From an uncultured Lactobacillus sp. (GTDB taxonomy: Bacteria > Bacillota > Bacilli > Lactobacillales > Lactobacillaceae): a stretch of 64,000 nucleotides of DNA. Each line of letters starts with the position of its first letter. Position 1 is the first letter of the stretch. The notes under the pieces are model-generated. The model saw only the letters and a program-made list of their open reading frames with translations. It made no database searches and had not been told where the DNA came from. Shown one piece after another: positions 10,419 to 21,635 of this stretch. The stretch is taken from positions 118-64,117 of the forward strand of contig NZ_CANBCP010000005.1 in the NCBI RefSeq assembly GCF_947367085.1, given 5' to 3'. The position numbers and the translations under genes were made by a program.

Positions 10419-11213
10419 ATGTTTTTTAAACTATTTGCAAAAAAAGATGATGATGTTGCATACCACACTTTTGATCTCAAGGCTTTTTCTAGCTTAAGTA
10501 TTAAGTTGATGCAATGCAGTGTTGTTGTAGAACTCGGAGCTGATTTTAAGGCAACTTTTTTAGGTAAAGATAGTTTAGTACCTCATCTTATGCAAAAAGA
10601 CAGGAATGCATTTTTTAAACAAAAAAACCACATAATCCAATCTTTCCAAAATTCAGAGCAAGTATTAACAATTACGCTTCCATCGCAGCAAATGCTAACG
10701 AGTATTGATATTCAGACAAACGAAGGTAATATCGAATTAGTAGATATTGATAGTCAAAGAGTTTTTCTTAAGTCCAGTCAAGGCCGCGTGCGTGTGCGCC
10801 GTAGTCAAGCTAGTGAAGCTTTGCTTGAAACAAGTGACGGGAATGTGACTGTGAGAAATAGTAAGTTAGGTGACGGAAAATTATCTACTTATAATGGTGA
10901 AATCAAAGCTTCTGGCTCTACTTTATCAAATATGCATTTGTCAGTAGCTAATGGCAATGTTTCTTTAACTGATGATCGGATTGCTGGCGGTGATATCAAT
11001 TTAAAGTGTGGAAATCTGACAATAGATCATGCTCATTTTGATAGCGATTATACAGTTAAAAATATCGAAGGGACCAATACTGTTTGGAGCGTTAATGTTA
11101 AAAAAGCCCAGCTTCATACAATTAATGGTCAAAATGTCATTGAAAATGATCCCGATCCCAGCGGCTATGTTTTGACGATGTCGACAGTCGATGGTGATAA
11201 CGTAATCCAATAA
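10419..11213 (+). CDS. DUF4097-like beta-strand repeat (adhesin-like) protein
   Basis: Repeated [TS]x[DN]G[ND][IV] beta-helix units (TNEGNI, SSQGRV, TSDGNV, TYNGEI, VANGNV). Confidence 0.65.
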   Translation: MFFKLFAKKDDDVAYHTFDLKAFSSLSIKLMQCSVVVELGADFKATFLGKDSLVPHLMQKDRNAFFKQKNHIIQSFQNSEQVLTITLPSQQMLTSIDIQTNEGNIELVDIDSQRVFLKSSQGRVRVRRSQASEALLETSDGNVTVRNSKLGDGKLSTYNGEIKASGSTLSNMHLSVANGNVSLTDDRIAGGDINLKCGNLTIDHAHFDSDYTVKNIEGTNTVWSVNVKKAQLHTINGQNVIENDPDPSGYVLTMSTVDGDNVIQ

Positions 11214-11247
11214 AAAAAGTTTGCATTAGATATGCAAACTTTTTTTG
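11212..11247. terminator. Bidirectional terminator
   Basis: aaaaaaagtttgcat/atgcaaacttttttt between convergent genes. Confidence 0.8.
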
Positions 11248-11248
11248 A

Positions 11249-11887
11249 TTATTGGACATCACTTAAAACGGAGCGAATCTTGGTTGTCAGCATGTCGATA
11301 GCAACTGTGTTTTCTCCACCTTCTGGGACGATAATATCAGCGTATCGCTTAGTAGGTTCGATGAATTGATTATACATTGGCTTAACTGTTGCTAAATATT
11401 GGTTGATAACTGATTCCACGCTGCGGCCACGTTCTTGAGTGTCGCGCTCTAGACGACGAATAAAGCGAATATCATCATCTGTGTCAACGAAAACTTTAAT
11501 GTTCATTAAATTCCGCAACTCTTCTTCAGCTAGTACCAAAATACCTTCTAAGATAATGATATCAGCAGGCTCAGTATGGATAGTGCGCGAAGAGCGAGTG
11601 TGGACGGTAAAGTCATAAACTGGTGTTTCTACCGACTTGTACGCCATCAAATCTTGTAATTGTTCAACAAGTAATGGCATATCAAAAGCATCTGGATGGT
11701 CATAGTTGATCTTTTTTCTTTCAGACATCGAAAGATCATCATTATTCTTGTAATAAGAATCCTGAGTCATTATTAAAATGTGATCGTCTTGTTGCAATTG
11801 ATCATAGATTTCATGGGCAATTGTTGTCTTTCCACTTCCGGATCCACCGGCAATCCCGATGATAATAGGGCGTTTACTCTTAAGCAT
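11249..11887 (-). CDS. udk: Uridine kinase
   Basis: [50 protein letters not shown]. Confidence 0.95.
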   Translation of the reverse strand: MLKSKRPIIIGIAGGSGSGKTTIAHEIYDQLQQDDHILIMTQDSYYKNNDDLSMSERKKINYDHPDAFDMPLLVEQLQDLMAYKSVETPVYDFTVHTRSSRTIHTEPADIIILEGILVLAEEELRNLMNIKVFVDTDDDIRFIRRLERDTQERGRSVESVINQYLATVKPMYNQFIEPTKRYADIIVPEGGENTVAIDMLTTKIRSVLSDVQ

Positions 11888-12057
11888 TCCTGTTCTCCTT
11901 TTTTAAACTATAACAATAATACTCTAAAATTGAGTGAAATGGGGCGTTTATCAAAAAGTTTGCAAGAATTTGTGCATTTTTTCTTAAAGAGGATTAATAT
12001 AAAATTGGTTAGTTATAGAAATGCTGCAAAATATACGTTATAAAATATCTAAATAGA

Positions 12058-13437
12058 ATGAAGGTTATATTTGTGACAGCTTCAGAAAAAGCCATCATCA
12101 AACAATGGAAGCCCCGTTATAAAAGAAATGTCTACCTATACTTGTGGATTTACGGCATTTTAGGAGCAGTAACGGGAATTACCAACGATGCGGCATTATC
12201 TTATTTTGATATTGTTGCACCGCATTTGATTTCAGGCTTAAATATTTTTAATGCGATCACGGCGTTACTGATGTCGCTGATGATCGTAACTGTGCATGAT
12301 TTTGGCTATCGGAAGATTTTGTTGGTTTTACCGCCATTGACGTCGATTTTTTTGTTTTTAACAACAGTTACGCAAAATCAAGTTATTATCATGCTTTCTT
12401 ATATTATCTCTTGGACAGCAATTGGCGTGTATGATTTGATGTATCCACTAATGTGGACGTCTTATGTACCTAAAGAAATTAGAACTAAGATGTTTACTGT
12501 GGTCATGGTCGTTAACTTAGTTTGTCAGACTATTTTGACTTTTGTTGGAGGTAAAGCAGTTGTGTGGTTGTTCAGTCTGCTGCAAGGCATCTCTTATGAT
12601 TCAGCTTCTGCACTTTCTGCCCACCCTCAAGCAATGCAAGGCATAATGTTGACCAACTATACTAATGCCTACCGCTGGGTGCTAATTGCCACAGCTATCT
12701 TCAATATGTTGGCATTCTTTTTGGCCTTCTTTATCAAAGATGAACCAAAAGATTACCGAACTGTCGACAAGAAAAAAGCGGAGACACCCGAAGAAAAAAG
12801 AGCTGCTTTTAAGGCTTTGATCAATAAAGATACCTTAATGTGGATCGCTTATATTGCAGGAATTCAGTTAGGAGCACGCTTAGTTGTTCCATATATTCCG
12901 ATTTATTTGAATGACTTTTTACATATTCCCCGGGGAATAACTTCTACTATCAATACCTTCCAAACCGCTGCGATGTTTATTGGGTACTTCTTTGCACCAT
13001 TCTTAGCTAAAAAACTAGGTGCGATCGTTTCTATAGCTGCAGGAACTTTAACTTGTGCTCCTTTAATGTTTATGATGGCTAACGGTCGTAATTTTGGAAC
13101 AGGAGTAACTTTATTTATCACGGTTGGCGTTTTGCTGTTTTTGAGATCAGGACTTGCCAATGCGACAATGCCGATTCAGCAAGAAGTGCAAATGGTGATT
13201 GTTGATAAGGATATGCGGCCAGCCTTTACTGCAGTAGTGCAGATTGCTTATGCTGCTATTGGGATAGTCGATGGCTTATTTACAGAATTTTACTTATTGA
13301 GAAAACCAATCGGTTATTCTTATGCTTACTATATTGCAACTGCTTTGTATATCATTGTAAGTATCATTTTATTAATTGTATTTACTAAAAAGTATAATTG
13401 GATTTTAGACGTGAAGAAGACTAAAGCTAAAGAATAA
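12058..13437 (+). CDS. MFS transporter, substrate unknown (start may be GTG 12073)
   Basis: About 12 hydrophobic segments with central charged loop; MFS-like loop motifs. Confidence 0.75.
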   Translation: MKVIFVTASEKAIIKQWKPRYKRNVYLYLWIYGILGAVTGITNDAALSYFDIVAPHLISGLNIFNAITALLMSLMIVTVHDFGYRKILLVLPPLTSIFLFLTTVTQNQVIIMLSYIISWTAIGVYDLMYPLMWTSYVPKEIRTKMFTVVMVVNLVCQTILTFVGGKAVVWLFSLLQGISYDSASALSAHPQAMQGIMLTNYTNAYRWVLIATAIFNMLAFFLAFFIKDEPKDYRTVDKKKAETPEEKRAAFKALINKDTLMWIAYIAGIQLGARLVVPYIPIYLNDFLHIPRGITSTINTFQTAAMFIGYFFAPFLAKKLGAIVSIAAGTLTCAPLMFMMANGRNFGTGVTLFITVGVLLFLRSGLANATMPIQQEVQMVIVDKDMRPAFTAVVQIAYAAIGIVDGLFTEFYLLRKPIGYSYAYYIATALYIIVSIILLIVFTKKYNWILDVKKTKAKE

Positions 13438-13439
13438 TT

Positions 13440-13465
13440 AAAAGCTCACTGAAAAGTGGGCTTTT
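13440..13465 (+). terminator. Terminator after MFS gene
   Basis: aagctcact gaaa agtgggctttt. Confidence 0.75.
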
Positions 13466-13545
13466 CTACGTGAAGTCAAGCATTACTAGGTGTTTAGCTT
13501 TATTAGTTTTACAGACTCCATATTATGATGGAATTGATTAATAGA

Positions 13546-13595
13546 AGCAACAGCTATCTTTTGAACCCCTTGGTTTGAGAAGATAGCTTTTTGCT
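13546..13595. terminator. Second long terminator-like hairpin with no obvious upstream gene
   Basis: agcaa-c-agctatctt...aagatagct-tt-ttgct inverted repeat. Confidence 0.55.
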
Positions 13596-13650
13596 TTCGT
13601 AATAGTTTACTAAGTAACAGTATTAAATTCATTTTATACCGAATGTATGT

Positions 13651-13679
13651 TTGATATACAAAAACCCTTCATATATAAT
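13651..13679 (+). promoter_or_regulatory. Sigma70-type promoter for abi locus
   Basis: TTGATA (13651-13656), 17 bp spacer, TATAAT (13674-13679). Confidence 0.7.
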
Positions 13680-13685
13680 AGTAAG

Positions 13686-13793
13686 TAATTAAATTGATAA
13701 ATAATTTGATTTTAGTGACGTATTACTTTAGACTATTTATAGAAAGATCAATCCCTTCGCTTAATGGATACGTCCTATCGCGAAGGTTTTTTT
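13686..13793 (+). ncRNA. Candidate abi leader RNA / RNA antitoxin ending in a terminator that sequesters the RBS
   Basis: Non-coding stretch between promoter and ATG 13794; CCTTCGC/GCGAAGG stem with inner GGA-UACG-UCC hairpin, followed by T7. Confidence 0.5.
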
Positions 13794-14834
13794 ATGCATA
13801 AATTTATGAAAGAACATCATATTCCGCTTAGATATACAGATCAATTAGCATTATTAAAATTGCGTGGTGTCACAGGAATATCACTATCTGTACATAAGAT
13901 TAAAGAAGAACCAAGAGAGAAATTACATAAACAATTAAAAACTATTAGTACTATTGGATATTATAATCTAAAAAATTATGCAGTTCCTTATTTTAATGGA
14001 ACACGGTATGAAAATTTATCATTTGATGGTTTAGTTGCTCGCTACTATCGTGACAAACATCTTAAACAGGCAGTACTGCATGCTGTTGAGGATATTGAGA
14101 CTACATTAAATACTAAGATTGCAAGCGTGTTAGGTAAAAAGTATGGTGCATTTGGATATTTAGACTTTAGATTGTGGTGCCAGAGAAATACAAAAAATAA
14201 GTTTTTACATGGAAAATATATGGATAAATTTGCTATCCAGAAAGAACAAACTAACTTTTTAGAAAATCTACAACGCAGTATAAGGAAGTCTGATTCAAGA
14301 GATGTACAATACTTTCTTGAAAATACGGAAAAAATATATCCACCTATTTGGCTAGTTATGAATGAATTGACATTAGGAACAACTATTCATTTGTATAAAC
14401 TAATGAATAAAAGTAATCAACGTATGATTTCAGACTATTTCAATTGTAAAACAGATGAGTTGGTGAGCTGGTTGGAAAGCATCAATTTGATTAGAAATAT
14501 ATGTTGTCATAATGGAATATTGGCTGACTTCAAGCTTAAAACAAAAGCTAAAGTACCTGTAGAATATAAACATGATAAAGAGACGGGGGACATTTTGGTT
14601 AAGTTGAAATCAGGGACTTATACCAACCGCTTGGCTTTACAGCTTTGTATAATTGTTAAGCTTATGTCTAAGATTAACAATAATTATGCTTATAAAGATT
14701 TAAAAATTTCTGTAAATAAATTGTTAGATGATTGTACGAAGCCATCTTATTATGGCTTTTGTGATAAAGAAGCGATAAGAAAATTATTTAGAAAAAAGAC
14801 TAAGCCAAATGATTATGTACTGATTGAATACTGA
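13794..14834 (+). CDS. Abi family protein (Abi_2 / AbiD-AbiF-like HEPN RNase); ORF-track start 13764 lies inside the leader hairpin
   Basis: N-terminal PLRYTDQLALLKLRG, IGYYNL, PIWLVMNELTLG, and HEPN RxxxxH motif RNICCH. Confidence 0.8.
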   Translation: MHKFMKEHHIPLRYTDQLALLKLRGVTGISLSVHKIKEEPREKLHKQLKTISTIGYYNLKNYAVPYFNGTRYENLSFDGLVARYYRDKHLKQAVLHAVEDIETTLNTKIASVLGKKYGAFGYLDFRLWCQRNTKNKFLHGKYMDKFAIQKEQTNFLENLQRSIRKSDSRDVQYFLENTEKIYPPIWLVMNELTLGTTIHLYKLMNKSNQRMISDYFNCKTDELVSWLESINLIRNICCHNGILADFKLKTKAKVPVEYKHDKETGDILVKLKSGTYTNRLALQLCIIVKLMSKINNNYAYKDLKISVNKLLDDCTKPSYYGFCDKEAIRKLFRKKTKPNDYVLIEY

Positions 14835-14868
14835 AATGTATATCTATTTTAATCTAGAGGTAAATGAG

Positions 14869-14978
14869 ATGACAAAACAGCTTATTGTTATGGGGAATGG
14901 CTTTGACCTTCAACGTGGACCAATGGACTAAGATCTCTTTATATAGGCTTTTTGAGTGATAAAATTAACCTATCATAG
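14869..14978 (+). pseudogene. Remnant of AbiH-family (SIR2-like) gene
   Basis: AGAGG RBS plus ATG gives MTKQLIVMGNGFDLQRG; after an 8-nt frameshift continues GLRSLYIGF, in register with the AbiH GNGFDL.hGL.tsY..F motif. Confidence 0.65.
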
Positions 14979-14996
14979 ATAAAAGGAAATGATCGA

Positions 14997-15848
14997 GTGA
15001 AAACTGGCTTAATTTTTGAAGGTGGCGCCATGCGTGGTTTATTTAGCGCGGGTGTCCAGGATGTCTTATTAGAAAATAAAATCAAATTCGATGGTGCAAT
15101 TGGCGTTTCTGCTGGAGCTGCCTTTGGGGTGAATTACAAGTCTCATCAAGTGGCAAGAGTATTAAGATATAATGTTCGCTATGCACGAGATCCACGACTA
15201 GCAAGTTGGCAGTCATGGCTGAAGACCGGTGATTTATATGGTACGGATTTTTGTTATCGAGAATTGCCTGAAGAATTGGATGTTTTCGATGCTCAAACTT
15301 TTGAACATGATCCGATGGAATTTTGGTGTGTAGCGACTGATGTTGAAACAGGTCAGCCGGTTTATCATAAGCTAGTAAAGGGGCAGACAGCTGATTTACA
15401 ATGGATTAGAGCCTCATCATCGATTCCAGTTTTTGCGCGGCCCGTCAAAATTGGTAATCGCTATTATTGGGATGGTGGAGTTAGTGACTCTATTCCACTC
15501 GATTTTTTTGAAAAACGTGGTTATGATCGTAATGTAGTAGTACTGACGCAGCCTAAAAGTTATCGTAAGGTTAACAAACATACTTATCCGATTTTAAAGT
15601 TGATTTTGCATAAATATCCGCAAGTATTAAAGAGATTAAAGACCAGAGCAGACGACTATAATGCTGTTTTAGACAAAATTGCAAGACAGCAAGAAGCTAG
15701 TAAATTATTTGTCGTCCAGCCGCCACAAGCTTTAAGAATTGGGACGATGGAAAAAGATCCAGCCCAGTTAAAGCGGGTATATGAAATTGGCAGACGGACA
15801 ATGATTAAACAATTGCCAGCATTAAAAAAATATTTGGGACAATCATGA
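14997..15848 (+). CDS. Patatin-like phospholipase (GTG start)
   Basis: EGGAMRG, GVSAG nucleophile elbow, DGG motif. Confidence 0.88.
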   Translation: MKTGLIFEGGAMRGLFSAGVQDVLLENKIKFDGAIGVSAGAAFGVNYKSHQVARVLRYNVRYARDPRLASWQSWLKTGDLYGTDFCYRELPEELDVFDAQTFEHDPMEFWCVATDVETGQPVYHKLVKGQTADLQWIRASSSIPVFARPVKIGNRYYWDGGVSDSIPLDFFEKRGYDRNVVVLTQPKSYRKVNKHTYPILKLILHKYPQVLKRLKTRADDYNAVLDKIARQQEASKLFVVQPPQALRIGTMEKDPAQLKRVYEIGRRTMIKQLPALKKYLGQS

Positions 15849-17158
15849 AACAAGAATCACTTTTTACAAATAAAAATAATGAACCTTTGGCTAGCCGGAT
15901 GCGCCCACAAAGCTTAGATGAAATTGTTGGACAAAGTCATTTACTAGGAAAAGGTAAGATCTTACGTCAGATGATTGATCAAGATCAAGTCCCTTCGATG
16001 ATTTTATGGGGACCGCCTGGCGTAGGTAAGACAACACTAGCGCGTGTAATTGCCGAGCATACAAAGGCAGATTTTATTTCTTTTTCTGCAGTTACTAGTT
16101 CTATCAAAGATATCAAAAAAGTAATGGCTGATGCCGAAAAGAACGCAGATTTGGGACAAAAAACGATTGTCTTTGTTGATGAAATCCATCGCTTTAATAA
16201 GGCTCAACAAGACGCATTTTTACCTTTTGTAGAAAATGGATCGATCATTTTAATTGGGGCAACAACTGAAAATCCTTCATTTGAAGTTAATTCTGCATTA
16301 TTATCGCGCTGTCGAGTCTTTATGTTAAAGCAGCTGAGCGAGCAAGAGATATCGCAAATGCTTAAGCGAGCCTTAGAAAATGGATTTGATCAAAAATTGC
16401 AGCTTGATGATAAAATTTTACGTCAAATTGCTATTTTTGCTGATGGCGATGCACGCAGCGCACTGAATACGTTAGAGATGATTGTTGAAAACAGCAATAT
16501 CACTGATGAGGGTCAAGTAGAAACTGATGGTGATTTACTAGGTCAAATTTTAGGCGGTAAGACTCTTAAATACGATAAAAATGGTGAAGATCATTATAAT
16601 GTCATTTCTGCGCTGCACAAGTCAATGAGAAATAGCGACGTTAATAGCGCTATTTATTGGTTGACTCGGATGTTAGAAGGTGGAGAAGATCCGCTTTATA
16701 TTGCCAGAAGATGTGTAAGATTTGCCAGCGAAGATGTGGGATTAGCTGATATGAACGCATTGAATCTGGCGATCAATGTGTATCAGGCGTGTCAGTTTTT
16801 AGGGATGCCGGAATGCAATGTGCATTTGACTGAACTAGTGATTTATTTATCATTAGCGCCAAAATCAAATGCCGTTTATATGGCTACCCAAAATGTTGCT
16901 AAAGATGTTAAGAATACGCTGAATCAGCCAGTACCCTTGCAAATTAGAAATGGCGTCACCAAGCTAATGAAGCAAGAAGGCTATGGCAAAGATTATCAGT
17001 ATGCTCATGATAGTAAGGATAAAATCACTTCGATGCAGACGATGCCAGATAATTTGGTGGGTCATGAATATTATTTTCCTACTGAACAAGGGCACGAAAT
17101 TCGCTTTAAGCAGCGCTTAGAACAGATTCAGAAATGGCACCAAGAACATGATGAATAA
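15845..17158 (+). CDS. rarA: Replication-associated recombination protein A (AAA+ ATPase, MgsA/RarA)
   Basis: PLASRMRP, GPPGVGKTT, FVDEIHRFNKAQQD, GATTENP, SALHKSMR, ASEDVG. Confidence 0.95.
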   Translation: MKQESLFTNKNNEPLASRMRPQSLDEIVGQSHLLGKGKILRQMIDQDQVPSMILWGPPGVGKTTLARVIAEHTKADFISFSAVTSSIKDIKKVMADAEKNADLGQKTIVFVDEIHRFNKAQQDAFLPFVENGSIILIGATTENPSFEVNSALLSRCRVFMLKQLSEQEISQMLKRALENGFDQKLQLDDKILRQIAIFADGDARSALNTLEMIVENSNITDEGQVETDGDLLGQILGGKTLKYDKNGEDHYNVISALHKSMRNSDVNSAIYWLTRMLEGGEDPLYIARRCVRFASEDVGLADMNALNLAINVYQACQFLGMPECNVHLTELVIYLSLAPKSNAVYMATQNVAKDVKNTLNQPVPLQIRNGVTKLMKQEGYGKDYQYAHDSKDKITSMQTMPDNLVGHEYYFPTEQGHEIRFKQRLEQIQKWHQEHDE

Positions 17159-17165
17159 AAAGATA

Positions 17166-17194
17166 TTGCTTTTTCAAAAGTAAGCGGTTACAAT
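17166..17194 (+). promoter_or_regulatory. Promoter with overlapping cre site for bgl operon 1
   Basis: TTGCTT-17-TACAAT; AGTAAGCGGTTACA (17179-17192) overlaps the -10. Confidence 0.65.
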
Positions 17195-17225
17195 AATAAA
17201 TGTAAAAAGAATATAGCTCTTTGAT

Positions 17226-17314
17226 AGACATGTAACTATTAAATTAGGCAGGATCTAAAAATGTATATAGGACAAAGAAATAAGTGTCCTATATACATTT
17301 TTGGATCCTTTTTT
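17226..17314 (+). promoter_or_regulatory. RAT (BglG/LicT antiterminator target) overlapping a long terminator
   Basis: agacatgtaacta..taggcaggatct RAT-like sequence (17226-17256) overlaps stem ggatctaaaaatgtatataggac/gtcctatatacatttttggatcc plus T6. Confidence 0.8.
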
Positions 17315-17347
17315 ATTTACATGGAAAATGAGAAAGGATGGAAAGTT

Positions 17348-19174
17348 ATGGTTGATTATGCCGCAAGCGCAAAACAAATCATAAAATACGTTGGTGGAAA
17401 GGAAAATATCTCTAAACTTATTCACTGCTCAACAAGATTGCGCTTTTCTTTGGTTGATTATGATAAAGCAAATCTTGATGAATTAAAGAAAATTGATGGA
17501 GTGTTAGGAGCAGTTAATGCTTCAGGTCAATGCCAGGTAATCATTGGCAATAATGTTGTAGAAATGTATGATGCTGTTAATAAACAATTAGGTACTTTAG
17601 ACCTATCTAAAAAGACGGGTAATGTACCTAGGGAAAAGTGGTATCAAGTTGCGCTAGATTATTTAATTGCTATCTTTCAACCTTTAGTACCGGCTATTGC
17701 TGGTGGTGGTGTTCTGAAAGCATTGGTAATGCTTTGCGGGATGCTAGGATGGCTGAGTGAGAAAAGTTCGCTATATCAAGTTTTGAATTTTGTAGGTACA
17801 GCTCCTATTTACTTCTTACCAATTTTAGTTGCTATAACAACAGCCAGAAAATTAAATGTTAATACATTAGTTGCTGTTTCAGCTGTCGGTGCTTTAGTAT
17901 TACCTGATATGGTTACAGCTCTTGGCAAAGGTATGAATCTTTTAGGTGTTGGAATAACTAACATTACTTATTCCTCACAAGTATTCCCAGCAATTTTGGC
18001 AGTCTTTTTCTACGCTTTTTTAGAAAAGTGGGTTACTAAATGGAGTCCTAAACCAATCAGAGTATTTTTTGTTCCAATGGTTTCGATGACCTTGACTGTT
18101 TTAGCCACATTGTTTGTTTTGGGACCTATCGGTTATTACTTAGGTGTTGGCTTAACTTCGGTGATCATGTTTCTATTTAATCATTTTGGATTTATTGCAA
18201 CCGCGTTACTTGCGGGATTACTGCCAATCATGGTTTCAATGGGAATGCATAAAGCGTTAATTCCTTACGCAGTTGCTGCAATGAGTACTGCCGGGAAAGA
18301 ACTTTTATATTTACCAGCATCATTAGCTCATAATATGTCGGAATGCGGAATGTCATTTGCGATTGCTGTAAGAACTAAGGATAAAAAATTACGCTCAACT
18401 GCGATTTCAGCAGGTATTTCAGCTTTATTCGGAATTACTGAACCAGCTATTTATGGTATTGATTTACAACACAAACGTGCTTTGCTAGGTGTTATGGCAT
18501 CTAGTTTCATTGGTGGTGGAGCAATTGGTTTATTGGGGATCAAGGCATTTGCATTAGTTGGGCCTGGTTTAGCCAGCTTACCAATGTATGTCGATAAATC
18601 AGATCCTTCCAATCTAATCAAAGCAATCATTATGTTTGTTGTCTCTATTGTTCTTTCATTTATAATTGGATTATTTGTATGGAAAGATGCTGTTGTAGAA
18701 GATAAAAAGCCTACGGAAGAAAAACTAGCTGCTCCAGTAAAGGGAGAAGTTATTGCATTAAATGAAGTTAATGATGATGTATTTTCAAATGGTGTGTTAG
18801 GCGAAGGCATTGCTGTAAAGCCAACCGAAGGTAAATTAGTTGCACCTGCAGATGGTACAATATTAATGGTTTATGAAACTGGCCATGCCTTAGGTATGAA
18901 AACCAAGGGTGGAGCAGAAATATTGTTCCACATCGGTTTAGATACTGTTAAATTAAAGGGTGAGTATTTCAACCCACTTGTTGAAGAGGGGCAATCTGTT
19001 AAAAAGGGTGATACATTAATCAAATTTGACTTAGATAAAATAAAAGAAGCTGGATTCGATGTAACAACAATGATGGTAGTTACTACATACAATGATGAAA
19101 AAATTGATTTTCCAACACCAGAAAATGAGAGTTCATCTACCGTAAATAATAATGGAAATTTGGCACAAGCTTAA
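17348..19174 (+). CDS. bglF: PTS beta-glucoside transporter EIIBCA (start corrected to ATG 17348; ORF-track start lies in the terminator)
   Basis: HCSTRLRF IIB, GITEPAIYG IIC, LFHIGLDTV IIA; RAT upstream, GH1 and antiterminator downstream. Confidence 0.85.
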   Translation: MVDYAASAKQIIKYVGGKENISKLIHCSTRLRFSLVDYDKANLDELKKIDGVLGAVNASGQCQVIIGNNVVEMYDAVNKQLGTLDLSKKTGNVPREKWYQVALDYLIAIFQPLVPAIAGGGVLKALVMLCGMLGWLSEKSSLYQVLNFVGTAPIYFLPILVAITTARKLNVNTLVAVSAVGALVLPDMVTALGKGMNLLGVGITNITYSSQVFPAILAVFFYAFLEKWVTKWSPKPIRVFFVPMVSMTLTVLATLFVLGPIGYYLGVGLTSVIMFLFNHFGFIATALLAGLLPIMVSMGMHKALIPYAVAAMSTAGKELLYLPASLAHNMSECGMSFAIAVRTKDKKLRSTAISAGISALFGITEPAIYGIDLQHKRALLGVMASSFIGGGAIGLLGIKAFALVGPGLASLPMYVDKSDPSNLIKAIIMFVVSIVLSFIIGLFVWKDAVVEDKKPTEEKLAAPVKGEVIALNEVNDDVFSNGVLGEGIAVKPTEGKLVAPADGTILMVYETGHALGMKTKGGAEILFHIGLDTVKLKGEYFNPLVEEGQSVKKGDTLIKFDLDKIKEAGFDVTTMMVVTTYNDEKIDFPTPENESSSTVNNNGNLAQA

Positions 19175-19184
19175 GTAAAGTTGA

Positions 19185-20639
<1,455 letters not shown>

Positions 20640-20656
20640 AAGTTGGAGGCGACCAT

Positions 20657-21502
20657 ATGAGTTTAACAATAAAAAAAGTGCTAAATTCAAGTGTCGTATT
20701 ATGTACAGATGATTCAGAGAATGAATTGATTGTATTAGGAAAGGGAATCGGATTTGGCAAAAAAGCAGGGACTGCTTTAAAACGTGATGATATTAATCAA
20801 GTATTTGTCCCAATAACTAATCCTGAGTTACAACAAATTGAAAGTATGCTTTCCGATATTTCTCCAGGTATAATTGAAGTGACCAGACTAATAGTTAGAA
20901 AAGCAAAATCTAAAATTTCCGGATCATTGAATAAATCTCTAACTTTTTCTTTGATGGATCATATTAAATTCAGTTTGGACCGATATAAGGATGGCCTTAC
21001 TTTTAAAAATAAATTGTATTGGGAAGTAAAGAGTTATTATCCTAGTGAGTTTGAAATTGGTGAATGGGCATTGGCTTTAATAAATAATGACTTTAATGTC
21101 CAGCTTCCACGTGAGGAAGCGGCGAGTATAGCTTTTCATATTATAAATGCAGAGTCTCAGGAAAATAATCAAGATAGTATGGAAATCACAAAATTGATTA
21201 ATAGTTTGATTGGAATTATTAATTTAAGTAGTAAAAGTGGTCTGAATAAAGATTCTATTTCTTATCAGAGATTATTAACTCATATAAAATTCTTTGCTGA
21301 AAGGTTATTGCGTGGGCAACAATTAACGACTGAGGATAAAGAAATGTATGAACATGTCATATCTTCATATCCTGAAGCAACTAAAATAGCTATTAAAATT
21401 ATGGAGTTTTTAGAAAAGCAATATCGTGTAAAAATTACGGATGAAGAAATGACATATTTAATAATTCATATTCAACGAAATTTAACACATGATAAGGAGT
21501 AA
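20657..21502 (+). CDS. BglG/LicT-family transcriptional antiterminator
   Basis: CAT domain (KKVLNSSVV..GKGIGFGKK) and two PRDs (LMDHI, IAFHI, LLTHIKF, LIIHI). Confidence 0.9.
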   Translation: MSLTIKKVLNSSVVLCTDDSENELIVLGKGIGFGKKAGTALKRDDINQVFVPITNPELQQIESMLSDISPGIIEVTRLIVRKAKSKISGSLNKSLTFSLMDHIKFSLDRYKDGLTFKNKLYWEVKSYYPSEFEIGEWALALINNDFNVQLPREEAASIAFHIINAESQENNQDSMEITKLINSLIGIINLSSKSGLNKDSISYQRLLTHIKFFAERLLRGQQLTTEDKEMYEHVISSYPEATKIAIKIMEFLEKQYRVKITDEEMTYLIIHIQRNLTHDKE

Positions 21503-21505
21503 TTG

Positions 21506-21550
21506 AAAATAGGTTTAACTATTATAAAACTAATGGTTAAGCCTATTTTT
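21506..21550 (+). terminator. Terminator after bgl operon 1
   Basis: aaaataggtttaac/gttaagcctatttt. Confidence 0.7.
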
Positions 21551-21635
21551 CTTTTTGCCCTTGCACTGATAGTCATTTTTTCGCTATAATTTAAAAATAT
21601 TTATAAGGCTTAATATAATAATGAGAGGGAATCGA

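Noticed and set aside
11970-11987. Rex-like box TTGTGCATTTTTTCTTAA between udk and the MFS gene
   Set aside because: Three mismatches to consensus in very AT-rich DNA; insufficient support
13764-13793. N-terminal extension MDTSYREGFF of the Abi ORF
   Set aside because: Lies inside the leader hairpin and T-run with no RBS; ATG 13794 is more plausible
17261-17347. N-terminal extensions from ORF-track starts 17261 and 32256
   Set aside because: They overlap RAT terminators; downstream ATGs have proper RBSs
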